DNA of 64,000 bases from Octopus vulgaris. Lineage: Eukaryota. The stretch is from the NCBI GenBank assembly GCA_951406725.2, contig OX597829.1, positions 37,510,001-37,574,000 of the forward strand, read 5' to 3'. This document shows, piece by piece, positions 1 through 14,206 of this stretch. Numbering within the stretch: position 1 is the stretch's first letter; each line of letters opens with the position of its first letter. Both the position numbers and the translations under genes were made by a program. The notes under the pieces were generated by a model. The model worked only from the letters and a program-made list of their open reading frames with translations. It was not told the DNA's origin and ran no database searches.

Positions 1-29
1 ACAGGACGAAGCCTACCAGCCATGTCGTT

Positions 30-230
30 CCTCTTCTTGAGCCCTTCACTTCCTATGGAAGCATAGACCATCAAAGACTTTTGTCCACTCTTCTTGAATT
101 TGGACTGTCTTTTCTGCTTCTTTCAGCTCTGCTTCAATATCCTGCCTTCCCTGAGATAAAGCCTTCATCTTTCTGTTCTTGGTTTTTTGAAATGTCAATG
201 CTTCTGTAACTTTGAGTTTTCTTCTAGGTA
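30..230 (-). mobile_element. RTE-like LINE C-terminal fragment
   Basis: RQDIEAELK...WTKVFDGLCFHRK resembles RTE ORF termini. Confidence 0.5.
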
Positions 231-1322
231 GAAATACTGACTCTATGCTGGTGCCATGTAAAAAGTACCCAGCACACTCTGTAAAATGGTTAACATTAAG
301 AAGGGTATCCAGCAGTAGAAACCAGACCAAAACAGACAATTGGAGTCTGTGTAGCTCTCCAGCTGGCCAGGTCCTGTCAAACTGATATTAAATAATGATG
401 ATGGAAGAGGTAGTTAATATTAGTCTTGCCTTTATCTTTTGACTTGTCCAGCATGGGAGGCCTTACCAAGAGCTTGCACTCCACTGCAATAACTCTCAGG
501 GTCACCAAGACACACAGCCCACCATACAGCAACAATGTAATGAACCATGTGGTGGACCAGCTAAGTCTTGATTAAGTCAATCTCCCAAGCTTCTGCCAGA
601 AGGCTTATGTCAAACAACGGCTATGAGGAAAGGACATCATCATCATTATCATCATCGTTTAACGTCTGCTTTCCATGCTAGCATGGGTTGGACGATTTTG
701 ACTGAGGGCTGGCAAACAAGACGGCTGCACCAGGCTCCAATCTTGATCTGGCAGAGTTTCTACAGCTGGATGCCCTTCCTAGTGCCAACCACTCCAAGAG
801 TGTAGTGGGTGCTTTTTACGTGCCACCGGCACGGGGGCCAGTCAGGCGGTACTGGTAACGACCTCGCGCGAATCTTTTTACAAATGCCACCAGCACAGGT
901 GCTAGTAAGGCGACGTTGGTAACAATCACACTCGAATGGTGCCCTTTTATGTGCCACCGGCATGGAAGCCAGTTGGCTGCTCTGGCAACAATCACACTCA
1001 GATGGTGCTCATGAGACAGTTTGTCCAAAAGTGTCTCACTGTTAAATTAAAATTGATTGTGAGGTCAACGCTTTAAAACCAAAGTTGAGGTTGGTTTGTA
1101 CCCAGAATTGTTAGCACATCAGGAAAAATACTTAGTAGCATTTCATACATCTTCACATTCTGGGTTCCAATGCTGCTAGGGTTGACCTTATCTTTCATCC
1201 TTTTGGGATCAATAAAATAAGTGCCGGTTGAGCACTAGAGTCCATTTAATCAACTTATCCCTCCCATTCAAATTGCTGGCCTTGTGCCAAAATTTGAAAT
1301 CAATTAAGATGCATCCACTTAC

Positions 1323-1408
1323 CCAGTGACACTTAGCACGGTGTCATTAGTTCTTGTCTTTTTACAAAGAGGGCATGTTGAATATGAGCAGCCAGCAGGT
1401 AATTTCAA
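1323..1408 (-). CDS. PEX12: PEX12 coding exon 7 (N-half of RING finger)
   Basis: TTTCAG acceptor; LKLPAGCSYSTCPLCKKTRTNDTVLSVTG (cf. human CPLCRKTRVNDTVLATSG); GTAAGT donor, phase 2. Confidence 0.96.
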
Positions 1409-1449
1409 CTGAAATAAAAACAATGTACAGGATATTTTAGTATTTGGAC

Positions 1450-1476
<27 letters not shown>

Positions 1477-1489
<13 letters not shown>

Positions 1490-1647
1490 TTCGAGACAAA
1501 ACCACTGTTTTGCAAAACAAACAAGGAAAGACTTAATCAATACATAAAAATTTTAATATACTTTATATTAAAATTTTTATGTATTGATTAAGTCTTTCCT
1601 TGTTTGTTTTGCAAAATAGTGGTTTTGTCTCGAATTAATATTATATA
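1477..1647. repeat. Near-perfect palindrome (84-bp arms, 3-nt loop)
   Basis: 1477-1560 is the reverse complement of 1564-1647 with one mismatch (1507/1617). Confidence 0.95.
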
Positions 1648-1725
1648 ATATTTTACTATAAAATTGCATTTAATCCTAAATCTGATTTTTTCCCTGTAAA
1701 TTTGGATTTATTCCCTAATATTTAT

Positions 1726-1760
<35 letters not shown>

Positions 1761-2212
1761 TAATAAAGGGTTAATTGCAACAAGTTGCTCAAAACCACAT
1801 GTAAAGAGAAAGAAGACAACGAAATCCCAGCCTATTTGGATTAATTATGGACGAATTCGTTTCTGGATTAGAACCGAAAGTTCATTTCCTTATCAACATA
1901 ATATTTCCTATAAATCTAGAAATGCTAGGAAAAAACTCACCCATTACATCAACTCGACCAGGTGACATCGAACGACATAACGGTCTGCCAGCATCTCCAC
2001 ATTTATATAGACAGGCGAATTCGTATCTCCCTCCAAAATTTTACCACGTGAGTTACAAAAACAGTACCACCGAAACAAAGTTTCGCAGATTCATTGTATG
2101 GGGGTAATAGTATTCAATACACATAAAGGGTGAAATATAATTAATTTAATAAAATTAATAAATTTCACCTAGTAGTTTTTTCGGTATGGAAATGACCATA
2201 TTCAGTAAGGAT

Positions 2213-2233
2213 TATATATTATGTATATATATA

Positions 2234-2317
<84 letters not shown>

Positions 2318-2555
2318 TATATATATATATACACATACGTATATATATATATACACATACGTATATATATATACACACACATATATATATACACACACAC
2401 ACACACATATATATACACATACACACACATATACATATACACACACACACACATATACATACATATACACACACACACACATATATATATATACATATGT
2501 ACATACATACATATATGCATACATACATGCATACTTATGTATATATACACACATG
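2213..2555. repeat. Compound (TA)n/(CA)n microsatellite
   Basis: Direct reading. Confidence 0.95.
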
Positions 2556-3469
2556 CATCATTGTTTTAATGTTCCCTCATCCATGCTTGCATGTGTAGGC
2601 GGAATTTATAAGGCAGATTTTCTACAGCTGAATGCTCCTCCTGTTGCCAACCCTCACCTGTTTCCAAGTAAGGAAATGTTCCTCCTTGACCAAACATTTT
2701 TATCATGGAAGATTTGGAAACAAAAGACACTGCTTGCATGACAATGATACTCTAAAACTATCGCATAAAATCAAGGCCAGGGACAGCAACACACACACAC
2801 ACACACAGATATTTATGATGAGCTTCTTTTCAGTTTCCGTCCACCAAATTCACCTATAAGGATTTGGTTGGCTTAGAGCTACAATTGAAGGCACTTGTCC
2901 AAGGCACCATAAAGTAGAAATGAACTTGGAACCATGCGGTCAGGAAGCAAAAACTTCTTAACACAGCCATTCCTGCACTTATCATATATATTCTGTCTTT
3001 TCTGGATTGGATGGCCAGCTAGCTGGACTTCATTTCTCTCGCCTCTCGATATACTTTTCTCTTCTACTATCTATTCTATATCCTTTCAAAATTTCTCCCA
3101 GGCATTACCCATTACAATGCATTTTGGCCTAATGGCCCTTAATGTCTGTCTTCATCCACAGTTTACTTCTGTACATACACTCTGGTGTCATTTGTTTGAA
3201 GCCCTAATCCTCCACAAATTTTATATTTAAAAAATTTTTGGATGTTGCTGTCTTATGAAGTATTCCTGTCTTTTTGTTAAAAGCATGAAACAGGGAGGAA
3301 TATCACAGTCAACAACTGAGGAGGGGTTAGACATCTTTTGGTAGTTTGTCCCTAACTTATCTCTCGCTGTGTGTTTACATATTTTTCACTCATTGGTGAT
3401 GTCCTGTGCATTTTTTCATTTAAACACACACACACACACATATATCTATGAACATACATCCCTTGAATG

Positions 3470-3770
3470 TGTAATGTCAGTTGCATGTACAACAAAGTGC
3501 TAATACACTCAGATAACAATTAGACACAAGAGGAATTGGATGGTGTGTGCAAGAGAGAAGACTGTGCTGGTTTGCTCATGTGGTGAGGCATATGGATGAG
3601 GAGAGCTTGCATAAAAAAGTGCTGATCCCTTTAAGTGGATGGAACTTGCAGAAGATGTGGGACAAAATAGTGAAAGCTGATCTCAAGATGTTGAACTTCA
3701 TGGAAGAGATGACCACGACTGAAATGATTAGCCATTTTCTGTGCTTAAGAAAACCCATCCTCCACACTAG
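3470..3770 (+). mobile_element. RTE LINE fragment
   Basis: VQERRLCWFAHV..MDEES..KMWDKIVKADL. Similar minus-strand remnants at ~44870-45300 and ~50480-50700. Confidence 0.65.
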
Positions 3771-4633
3771 AAATAATATCCTAAAACCCCACATACAGGG
3801 TCCTGCTCCTCTTCTCTCTCTGCCCTGTCAAGCATTTCCTCCACATCTCAACCCCGTGACACTCATTACTTCTTTATCTATGATACTACTTGGCTGTTGT
3901 AATTATCTGAGAGAGAGCTGGGAAATATTATATCCTATCCCAAACCCCACCTTGAACCGCTTCCATTTCCCATTAGCATCCCTGCCCAGACTATTTCTAT
4001 GAATCACCTTCTTTTTGAGACTTCAACCATTGCTCTCCTCTATTATACTCCATCTTTAATGCCTTCTATTATTTTCAATGCCCTCTCACATCTACCACCA
4101 CATCTCACTTACCACAGCCCCCAAAGCCACTCCTAGATCTCCCTCCATCATTCACTACATGTACCTCTACCTTCATCTCCTACCCCCACCACAATCCACT
4201 GCTTCTTGAGATGCTCCAACATCCTGACACCACTTCTGTCCTCTTTCATGCTTCCCAACTACTCTGCCTTGTATCTCTATCACAAGCCACCTCTGCTTGT
4301 CCTTCCACCACACTCCAGCCTCTCAACACCTGGCTTAGAACCATTATCCCTCCCCCTCTCAAATACTAACCACTACTCCCATATAGTCAAGGAGACCTTT
4401 TTCTTTTTCCTTCTTTTTTTCCTTTTTCATTCATCCTCACCATCCTCATCCTTTCTTTTCTTGTCTTGCAAGTCAGTTGGTGACCTCAATGCTGTTGGTG
4501 CCATGCAAAAAAGTACCAAGGATACTCTGTAAAGTGGCTGGCATTAGGAAGGGCCTCCAGTCATAGAAACCATGCCAAAGCTGACATCGGAACTCAACTT
4601 ATGCCAACATGAAACGCAGGTGTTAAATAAATA

Positions 4634-4795
4634 GGCGCAGGAGTGGCTGTGTGGTAAGTAGCTTGCTAACCAACCACATGGTTCCGGGTTCAGTCCCACT
4701 GCATAGCATCTTGGGCAAGTGTCTTCTGCTATAGCCCCAGGCCGACCAATGCCTTGTGAGTGGATTTGGTAGACGGTAACTGAAAGAAGCCTGTC

Positions 4796-4870
<75 letters not shown>

Positions 4871-5066
4871 TTGTCCCCTAGCATTGCTTGACAACCAATG
4901 CTGGTGTGTTTATGTCCCCGTCACCTAGCGGTTCGGCAAAAGAGACCGATGAATAAGTACTGGGCTTACAAAGAATAAGTGCCGGGGTCGAGTTGCTCGA
5001 CTAAAGGCGGTGCTCCAGCATGGCTGCAGTCAAATGACTGAAACAAGTAAAAGAGTAAAAGAGTAA
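4634..5066 (+). mobile_element. tRNA-derived SINE family A (internal TA/TG microsatellite, (AAAAGAGT)n tail)
   Basis: A/B boxes (TGGCTGTGTGGT; GGTTCAGTCCC) and a MIR/CORE-like CTTGGGCAAGT. More than 12 copies, e.g. 8405-8733, 14921-15325, 15505-15918, 18728-19040, 19131-19473, 24203-24613, 30010-30365, 36056-36428, 40973-41328, 48157-48746, 55455-55836. Confidence 0.85.
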
Positions 5067-5474
5067 AGGAATAACCATCATACCTCACTTAAGTAATGGA
5101 TGATGGTGCCTCATAAAAAGCACTGGCGTTGGTGTTAAGGAAAAAGGCACCAAGAACACATTAGGAAGGGCATCCAGCTGTAGAAACCATGCCAAATCAG
5201 ACAATGAAACCCAGTGCGACTCCTGGCTTTGCCAGTGCCTGTCAAACTGTCCAACCCATGCCAGTATGGAAAACGGACATTAGACGATGATGATGATGTC
5301 CTCCTTAGTTAATTCCATGCCAACTCCTTCGTTCAGTTCTTGTTACCCTGAATTCCTTCCCTACCCCCTACCCCTCCACCACCACCACCACGCTCATGTT
5401 TTACTGTCAACTGTTCAAGAAGAACATCTGCATCAATTTCACTTGTAAAAGCCACAGGCAGATGAAATATTTAA

Positions 5475-5696
5475 CCCTTTAACATTTAAACCGGCCATAT
5501 CCGGCTAGAAGTATTCTACCTGTTTTATGTTCAAACTGGCCAGATCTGGTCTCTCACACCAACCCTACAATATCGTTTTAAAAATTAACAGCTGCCTCAT
5601 CAAAATCTCATAGCTACAAGATAATGCCTGATTAGTTCAAGGCAATGTGGATAAAAAAAGGATTAATTTTGGCAGAATAATGCGAACACTAAAGGG
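5475..5696. mobile_element. piggyBac-like MITE (~220 bp)
   Basis: TTAA|CCCTTTA...TAAAGGG|TTAA. Same family at 38542-38769, 44482-44700, 47490-47711 and 51707-51918. Confidence 0.8.
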
Positions 5697-6287
5697 TTAA
5701 AAAGAAAATGCACAAAATTGCAAGTTGTTGTTTAGCCTCCAGGCCAGCTCTGAGTGAACAGACCTTCCATTAAAAGTTGTTCCAGCCTTTCATTAAAGCC
5801 TTCGTCTTTGTGTATCAGGGTGTATACTGTCCAATGTGATGGGGGAAAGAATGCCTGGAGAATTTAGCGATGACCGGAAAGACTGAAGGGACAAGAAACA
5901 GAGGAAGGAGAAGGATGATATGGATGCCAAGATTGACAAACTGGTAAAAAGAAAGAGGTACTGAACATCAGGAAGTGGAACTGTTACAGAAAACAAAAAA
6001 CAGAGGATTGTGGCAGGACATGGTCACCTATGTCCTACATTCTGGACATGTCACCTAAAGAAGAAGGAAGGTATGACTTGTGTAGTATTTGACTGCTATT
6101 TCTAGTAAGTCAAGTCACTACTATAAACTCTTTGACTGACTTGTGAAATAAAAGTGAAATGAAAACCCAGACCAAAAACCAGGTAAATAGATTTTGGATC
6201 CAGATCAACTAAATCCGAAAATCCGTTGGAACTTCCTACAAATTCATATTATTAACAAGTAACAAAAGTAACAAGAAAGAATCTTAC

Positions 6288-6474
6288 CTTCGCAGGTTTT
6301 GGAGGGATAGGTAGAGCTGTCAGAGCAACAGGTGAGTTCATTTTATTTTGTGTGTTATACCAGTAATCCAGAAATTGAAGGAAAAATACTGCAACAGATA
6401 GCCCAGTAGACAAACCAAACGATGTTATTTTGAACAGGTATTTCAGAAGATTCATGAAACTTGTAAAAAAATTA
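6288..6474 (-). CDS. PEX12: PEX12 coding exon 6
   Basis: TTTCCAG acceptor; ...GLSTGLSVAVFFLQFLDYWYNTQNKMNSPVALTALPIPPKPAK (conserved FFLQFLDWWY and LPTPPPP region); GTAAGA donor. Confidence 0.96.
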
Positions 6475-6743
6475 CTGGAAACAGAAAAAACAAAAAAAGC
6501 AAGAAAAAATTATTAACAAAAATGTTCGACATATTTGTACAGGTGAAGAGTTAAGCTTGAAACTTCGTCATCATTATAATTTATAAAGACAGCAAGCTGG
6601 CAGAATCATTACTACATTGGACAAAATGCTTAGCAGTATTTTTTTTGGCTTTGTGATCTGAGTTTGTGAGTTCAAATGGCCATGAAGTTGACATTGCCGT
6701 TCTTCCTTTCAGGGTGGATAAAATAAGTATCAGTTGAGTACTA

Positions 6744-7192
6744 ATGTAAAAGCGGTGTTATTGTATGGGGCTGAGACATGGCGAACAACGGTTAAGTCAA
6801 ATAAGCAAATACAATTATTCATCAAGAGATGCTTGCGTAGTATACTTAAAATTAGATGGCCCCAACACATAAGCAATATGGAGCTATGGCAAAGAACAAA
6901 TGAAGTTTCGATTAGGGAGCAAATATTTAAGAAAGAGTGGAAGTGGATTGGTAGCACAATTAGAAAAGACACACCAAATGTAGTGAAAAGTACTTTACAG
7001 TGGAATCCGGATGGATATAGAAAGGCCTAAGAACCCGTGGTGGAGATCAACACAAAAGGAACTAGAGAAAGGGGGACATTCATGGCAGAGGATAAGTACA
7101 GAAGCGAAAAATTATGTGACATGGAATTCAATTATAAGTGGCCTATACTCCGCGTTGGAGGGTTAAAGGCAGAAAAAACAAAAAAAAAAAAA
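6744..7192 (+). mobile_element. RTE-clade LINE 3' fragment inserted into a SINE
   Basis: NVKAVLLYGAETW...CLRSILKIRWP..ISNMELW..WKWIG..LQWNP; A-rich tail. The SINE halves lie at 6592-6743 and 7193-7255. Confidence 0.85.
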
Positions 7193-7490
7193 CTAGGGTT
7201 AATATAATCAACTTACCCACCCCCTTCAAAATCACTGGCCTTGTGCCAAAATAAAAAAAGAATTATCATCTTCATTTATTGGCTACATGGGGCTGCTGCA
7301 CTTTACAGGAACATTGTAGATGTTGGGATTTACACCCTCATCTGTCCTTAACCCTTCTGATATCAACACAGCTGCAACTGCACCTGCTTCTATGATATAA
7401 TCATATTTTAAAGGGATCTAAATTAAAACCCTCCATCGAAATTCCTGGTTAATTTACGTCCCAAACACTTGCATAATAAGAATTAAGGAT

Positions 7491-8390
7491 CATCATCATC
7501 ATTTAACGTCTGTTTTCCATGCTAGCATGGGTTGGACAGCTCGACTGGGGTCTGGGAAGCCAGGAGGCTGCACCAAGCTCCAGTCTGATCTGACAGTGTT
7601 TCTACAGCTGGATGCCCTTCCTAAAGCCAAGCACTCCGAGAGTGTAGTGGGTGTGTTTTACGTGCCACAGGCACAGGGGCCAGAGGAGGCTGGCAATAGC
7701 TACAATCGGTTGGTGCTTTTTACATGCCACTGACGTGGAAGCCAGTCAAGAAGGCGCTGGCATCAGCCATGTTCAAATGGTGCTTTTTATGTGCCACTGG
7801 CGCGGGTATCACAACTACAATTTCCATTAGATTTTCATTTTGATGTACTTAACTCAATAGGTCTCCTCAAGCACAACAGGTCGCTCTACGATCCAAAGTA
7901 CTTTTGAATGGGCTGGGGATGGTTAGGATACAGTCATGAACTCACTTTATTTGCCGGATCTTCGCAGTCACAGCATATCTCCAGAGGTCTCGGTCTTTCG
8001 GCATTGGTTCTGTGAGGCCCAATATTCAAAGGTCATGCTTGACCACCTCATCCCATGTCTTTCTGGGTCTACCTGTACCCTGGATTCCTTCAACTGTTTG
8101 GGAGTGGCACTTCTTCACACAGCTCTCCTCATCTATCTGTAGTACATGACCATACCAGCGCAAACATCTCTCTTGCATGCCACATCCAATGCTTCTTATG
8201 TTCAACATTTCTCTCAGGGTGCTTACACTGAGTCGTGTGTGCACACTGACAATACACATCCAGCAGATCATGCTAGCTTCATTTCTTTTGAGCCTATGCA
8301 TGTCCTCCGCAGTCACAGCCCATGTTTCACTGCCGTGAAGCATGGCAGTTCGCACACATGTGTCGTACAATCTACCTTTCACTCTGAGCG
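7491..8390 (-). mobile_element. RTE-clade LINE 3' end with 3' UTR and (GAT)n tail
   Basis: KGRLYDTCVRTAMLHGSETWA...LRWYGHV...GRPRKTWDEVV, followed by the GGAAGGGCATCCAGCTGTAGAAAC...GGACGTTAAATGATGAT UTR. UTR-only copies at ~635-1010, 10220-10780, 10935-11308, 11400-11660, 13770-14118, 40318-40735 and 54400-54840. Confidence 0.85.
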
Positions 8391-8949
8391 AGAGACTCTT
8401 TGTCTGGGTTCAGTCCCACCGCGTGGCACCTTGGGCAAGTGTCTTCTACTATAGCCTCGGGCTGACCAAAGCCTTGTGAGTGGATTTGGTAGACGGAAAC
8501 TGAAAGAAGCCCGTCGTATATGTGTGTGTGTGTGTGCGTGCGTGTGTGTGTTTGTGTCTGTGTTTGTCCCCCAACATTGCTTGACAACTGAACTTAGCGG
8601 TCAGCAAAAGGGACCGATAGAATAAGTACTAGGCTTACAAAGAATAAGTCCTGGGGTCGATTTGCTCAACTAAAGGCGGTGCTCCAGCATGGCCACAGTC
8701 AAATAAATGACTGAAACAAGTAAAAGAGTAAAGAGCATACAAATGTGTTGTATAAGTGTGTGTGTGTGTGTGTATCTATAAGTGTGTACAGGTGTAGGTG
8801 CATGAGCATGTATATGCACGAGTGTCTATATGCATGTTTGTTGATGTGCATAAGTGTATATTTGAGAGAGAGAGTGACCACCTATGCACACACACATGTT
8901 GCACCCATATAAACATTGTTAAAAGAGAGTAAAACTTGTAATTTCTTAC

Positions 8950-9179
8950 CTACAAAACAATAATTGGAAATTTGTCTTCTTAGAATCGGCTTTTGAGAAG
9001 ACGTCATTTCCTTCAGAGTCTGCTACTAGTTGTACACCAGCGAAATAGTGGTCCGGAGATGACCAGTTTGTATGTTGGAAAATGTAGCCTAGTTCAAACA
9101 ACAATATGAAGAATTCCCACAATCCATTGATATGGGGAAAGACACTTAACAGAGCAGTCTTCATTGGATGAATTCTGAT
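8950..9179 (-). CDS. PEX12: PEX12 coding exon 5
   Basis: TTCTTTCAG acceptor; IRIHPMKTALLSVFPHINGLWEFFILLFELGYIFQHTNWSSPDHYFAGVQLV... (cf. human YPFVNMAWE...SPLLRLAGVQL); GTAAGA donor, phase 2. Confidence 0.93.
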
Positions 9180-9622
9180 CTGAAAGAACAACAGAAGAAT
9201 GGAAAAATAAACCTTAGTTTTACTTATGCTGATGAACACACTGTACGAAAATCACATGCACAGAGTACACAATATGTACAGTGAGAGAGAGAGAGAGAGA
9301 GAGAGAAGGAGAAGGTATACTGAGGGAGTCTGAGTATAAGGGAGAGAGAGAGAGACAGAGATGACATAGAACTACAGTTGTTCTCAGTCTTAGTGACTTT
9401 GTGTCACAGAAGAAATCAAATAAAAAAAAAATCACTGGTGCACTTATAGCACACCAATGCATCTTCGTATGCCAGAGGTGCCACCACCTCCACTATCATG
9501 TGCCGAACATAGCAGAGCTCCAGCTACCACACTCTACAGCGAAGGAATGTAAGTGGTTGTCTTGGAAGCAAGAGATATTGAGTAGCTGTCCCACTGCCAC
9601 ATCCTGACAGAGAGAGGGCAGA

Positions 9623-9768
<146 letters not shown>

Positions 9769-12427
9769 TCAACATTAAGCTGTATTTGATTGCTACTTTA
9801 TTTTATTCTCTCAGCACCAGAAAGATGAAAGGCAAAGTTAGATTCAATGCAATTTGAACTCAGAACACAGAGCCAGAATAAACAGCCAAAGACAATGGTC
9901 CACTGCTTTAACTACCAGGAAATGTTCTTAGTTAACTGAATCTGGAAAAGTGCAGAAATCAGAGATGGAAGCTTGAAAATATCACAAACAAGGTGGAATA
10001 TGAAGTAATAAAAATATCATTAATTTTGTTAAAATATGGCATATTAGTAATGAACTGATAGAGAAAAATATTCTAATGAGATAATTTAATAATCTAGCTA
10101 ATTAAACTCAGAACTATTAAATCAATTATTAAAACTTTTCTCATCCTTATCTGCATATTTCATACTCTCTTTTCTTTAAAAATTTCAACTTAAACTGCAA
10201 TATTTTTAAGCTTCCTCACTAAAATATTTGCGAACTTTAGGTCTCACCGAGGCAATGACGAGTGACCGAGACCTTTGGAAATAAGCTGTGCATGAGAAGA
10301 CCTGGCAGGACAAGTGAGACCATAACCCATGGCCTTTACCTGGGATGTAGCCAGTCCACTTATGCATACCTTTCCTTCTTGGGACATAAAACTCTGCTTG
10401 CAACGACCCGTTGAGGCAAGTGAAATTGAAATCGATCAAAAATCAATGGAAATTGTAGTTGTGATACCAGTGCCGGTGGTACATAAGAGAACCATCTGGA
10501 TGTGGCCGTGCCAGTGCCGCCTCGACTGGCCTCCGTGCCAGTGGAACGTAAAAAGCACCAACTGATCGTGGCTGTTGCCAGCCTCGCCTGGCACCTGTGC
10601 CGGTGGCACATAAAAAACACCCATTACACTCATGGAGTGGTTGGCATTAGGAAGGGCATCCAGCTGTAGAAACACTGCCAGATCAGACTGGAGCCTGGTG
10701 CAGCCTCCTGACTTCCCAGACCCCTGTCAAACTGTCCAACCCATGCTAGCATGGAAAACGGACATTAAACAATGATGATATATTTTGAAGCTTCCATTTC
10801 TTTTGCATTTTTTCAGGTTCAAATAACCAAGGTACATTATAATTCCTGCATCCAACTTTTTCCTGTTAGTCCACTCTTTTTACAGGCAACATTGTATCTT
10901 AGTTGCCAAAATTTATTAAATTCATTGAACTAGCACCCATGCTGGTGGCACATAAAAAGTACTGTTTGAGTGTTGGGCCTCAAGGAAGCAGTGACAGGTG
11001 ACTGAAACCTTTGGCGACATACTGTGCTTGTGAAGACCTGTAAAGCCAAGCGAGATTATGGTCATGGCCGATGCTGGTGTCTCGTCAATGGCATCCATGC
11101 CAGTGTCATGTCAATGGCACCCATACCAGTGGCATGTAAAAAGCACCTACTACACTCTTGAAGTGGTTGGCATTAAGAAGGGTATCCAGCCATAGAAACC
11201 ATGCCAAATCAGATTGGAACCTGGTACAGCTCCCTGGCTTACCAGTTTTCAGTTAAACCGTCCAACCCATGACAGCATGGAAAGCAGATGTTAAATGATG
11301 ATGATGATATCCAATAAAATTCTATCACTCTCAAAATTAAGAACATAATAGAGTAGATTCAAGTAAAAATGAAATGAAAGTAAATTAATGCAAATGGAGT
11401 CATCATCATCATCGTTTAATGTCCGATTTTCATGCTGGCATGAGCTGGATGGTTTGACTGAGGACTGCTGAGCCAGAGGCTGCAGCAGGCTCAATCTGGC
11501 TGGCAAAGTTTCTACAGCTGGATGCCCTTGCTAACACCAACCACTCTGAAAGTGTAGTGGGTGCTTTTTATGTGTCACCGGCACAAGGGCCAGTCAGGCA
11601 GTTCTGGCAACGACCACGCTCAAAAGGTGTTTTTACATGCCACCTGCACAGGAGCCAGTACAGAAGCAATGACCAGTGGCTTAAGAAAGAGAAATAGGAC
11701 AAAGGATGATCAATTTGAGTCAGTTTGTTTAAAGATCAAATGCACATGAAAGAAATTATGATGATTAAGTCAAAGCAAACAATGAAGCTGAAACATGGGA
11801 AGAAATTGGCATAGATAAGGAAAAATTAACATTAATGACGAGAAATGATAAAATATTAATAATGATAAACTTAAGTGAACCAAAGTGAACATGTAGATAA
11901 ACTCTCATGGTTTTTAGCTACAACTCTGACTTAAAAATCTGTGTGATTTCTTAATTAAACAAAATTTTTTTATATGAAAACTCATTTTATAAGCAACTGT
12001 TGTTAAATATGGTCACTTTTTTTTTGCCTCATACTATTTTTCTACTGAACCAATTTTGACAAGATTTTCAGAATTAAATTTCTCACATTAAAATCTTTTA
12101 TTTAAGCTCACATTCATATAAAAAAATTGTTTTATATATCATAGAAATATGATGGTTTAAATACGTCAGGAGTACTCTTATCCAAATTTGCTCACTTTTC
12201 CTTCTAAATTTTGTTCTACTCTGTCAAGTTTTACACAATTTAACCTTAATTACAGTGAATTTTATTTTCCAATTTTCTTATCATAGAGGTATATACGAAC
12301 AGCATCGATACTACAGACCTTTGGTTCCAAAGCCCTTTCAGATTACCAATTTTTCCTAACCAGGTGTGGTCACCTCTAAATTAAACAAATATGAAATTTA
12401 CTTAAAGAATTAAATGAAACACAGTTA

Positions 12428-12630
12428 TGAGGGAATGATGAAAAGTTCCTGGTTTTGGATAAAAGAAAATATAGGATGATCAGTTAATTATTATTTTATT
12501 TAACATATTCCCCTCAGATTCACACACTTATTGCAGCAGTCCTTCAGTTTTTCTAAGCCCCGTAAAAGAACTCAGAAGGTTGGGCCTTTCATGATACCCT
12601 TAAAGCCAGGAACTTTTCAGTACTCCCTTG
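12428..12630. mobile_element. Mariner-derived MITE
   Basis: TIRs GAGGG..TGAAAAGTTCCTGG, TA flanks. A second copy in the opposite orientation lies at ~24698-24904. Confidence 0.7.
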
Positions 12631-13246
12631 TACCTGTATATTAGTGTCAATGCTACAAGTTTATTAATGCAGTACTGTGCAAAGTATTATGAAACAAGGC
12701 TGCTCAATGAATTAGTCTGGTAGGCATGGGAATTTGTAGTTCATGCTAATAAATTAGTGTGGATTATAAGAGGTTCCAAACCAGAGGTGTCCAGAAAGTC
12801 GGTGTCATACCAGTAGTGATTAAAAGTTGACACCAAGCATTATTTGCATTTCAATCTGGCCACATTTTGTCCCATATTGTTTTATCTTATGAGCCAATTT
12901 CAACATGGTTTTCAAAATTATGTTTTTTTTCATCAAGATCATTCATTTAAGATGAATTATTTCAAAACTATTTAAGAAATAAAGGAACTATACTACTTAG
13001 AATTTGCATTCAAGAGTTACTCAACCATTTTTTTCAACACATATTTTATCATAAATTTTTCTGCCAAACCAAATTTTTTCTTATATCACAAAATGAAACT
13101 GACCACTAAACTAAATTAATGAGGGCAGTATACAGCTTGCCAGAAATGAGTAAATGTTGATCATAAGAATATTATGCACCAACAGCTGTGGATAAATGAT
13201 GATTCTGTTAAGTGGCCACCCTTACAAATACATGCATAAACACATC

Positions 13247-13728
13247 AAGTTTCGATTAGGGAGCAAATATTTAAGAAAGAGTGGAAGTGGATTGGTAGCA
13301 CAATTAGAAAAGACACACCAAATGTAGTGAAAAGTACTTTACAGTGGAATCCGGATGGATATAGAAAGAAAGGTAGGCCTAAGAACTCGTAGTGGAGATC
13401 AACACAAAAGGAACTAGAGAAAGGGGGACATTCATGGCAGAGGATAAGTACAGAAGCGAAAAATTATGTGACATGGAATTCAATTATAAGTGGCCTATAC
13501 TCCACGTTGGAGGATTAAAGGCAGAAAACACAAAAAAAAACTAGGGCTATTATAATCAACTTACCCACCCCCTTCAAAATCACTGGCCTTGTGCCAAAAT
13601 AAAAAAAGAATTATCATCTTCATTTATTGGCTACAAGGGGCTGCTGCACTTTACAGGAACATTGTAGATGTTGGGATTTACACCCTCATCTGTCCTTAAC
13701 CCTTCTGATATCAACATACCTGCAACTG
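13247..13728 (+). repeat. ~480-bp direct duplication of 6903-7380
   Basis: Near-identical block of LINE 3' end, SINE tail and adjacent sequence. Confidence 0.9.
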
Positions 13729-14174
13729 ATCATCCCCCAAAATATAACATTATCTGTTTCAACACACGATCCCATGCCGGTGGCACATAAAAAGCACCGG
13801 TGGCATGTGAAAAACAACATTCAAGAGTGATCATTGCCAGTGCAGCCGGACTGGCTCCTATGCAAGGTAGCACATAAAAAATACCTTTTGGGCGTGGTCG
13901 TTGCCAGAACCACCAAACTGGCCCTCGTGCTGGTGGCATGTAAAAGCACCCACTACACTCTCAGAGTGGCTGGTGTTAGGAAGGACATCCAGCTGTAGAA
14001 ACTTTGCCAGATCAGATTGGAGTCTAGTGCAGCCTTTGGCTCACCAGTCCTCAGTCAAACTGTCCAACCCATGCCAGCATGGAAAGTGGACGTTAAACGA
14101 CGATGATGATGATGATGATTACACATCAAGAATCTTGCAAAACAAATACATAAATGCACACACACACACACACA

Positions 14175-14206
<32 letters not shown>

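Noticed and set aside
2186-2598. Overlapping 105-127 aa ORFs (YIYI/HTHT/VCVC)
   Set aside because: Translations of a TA/CA microsatellite; the same applies to ORFs at 9524, 26769 and 54103.
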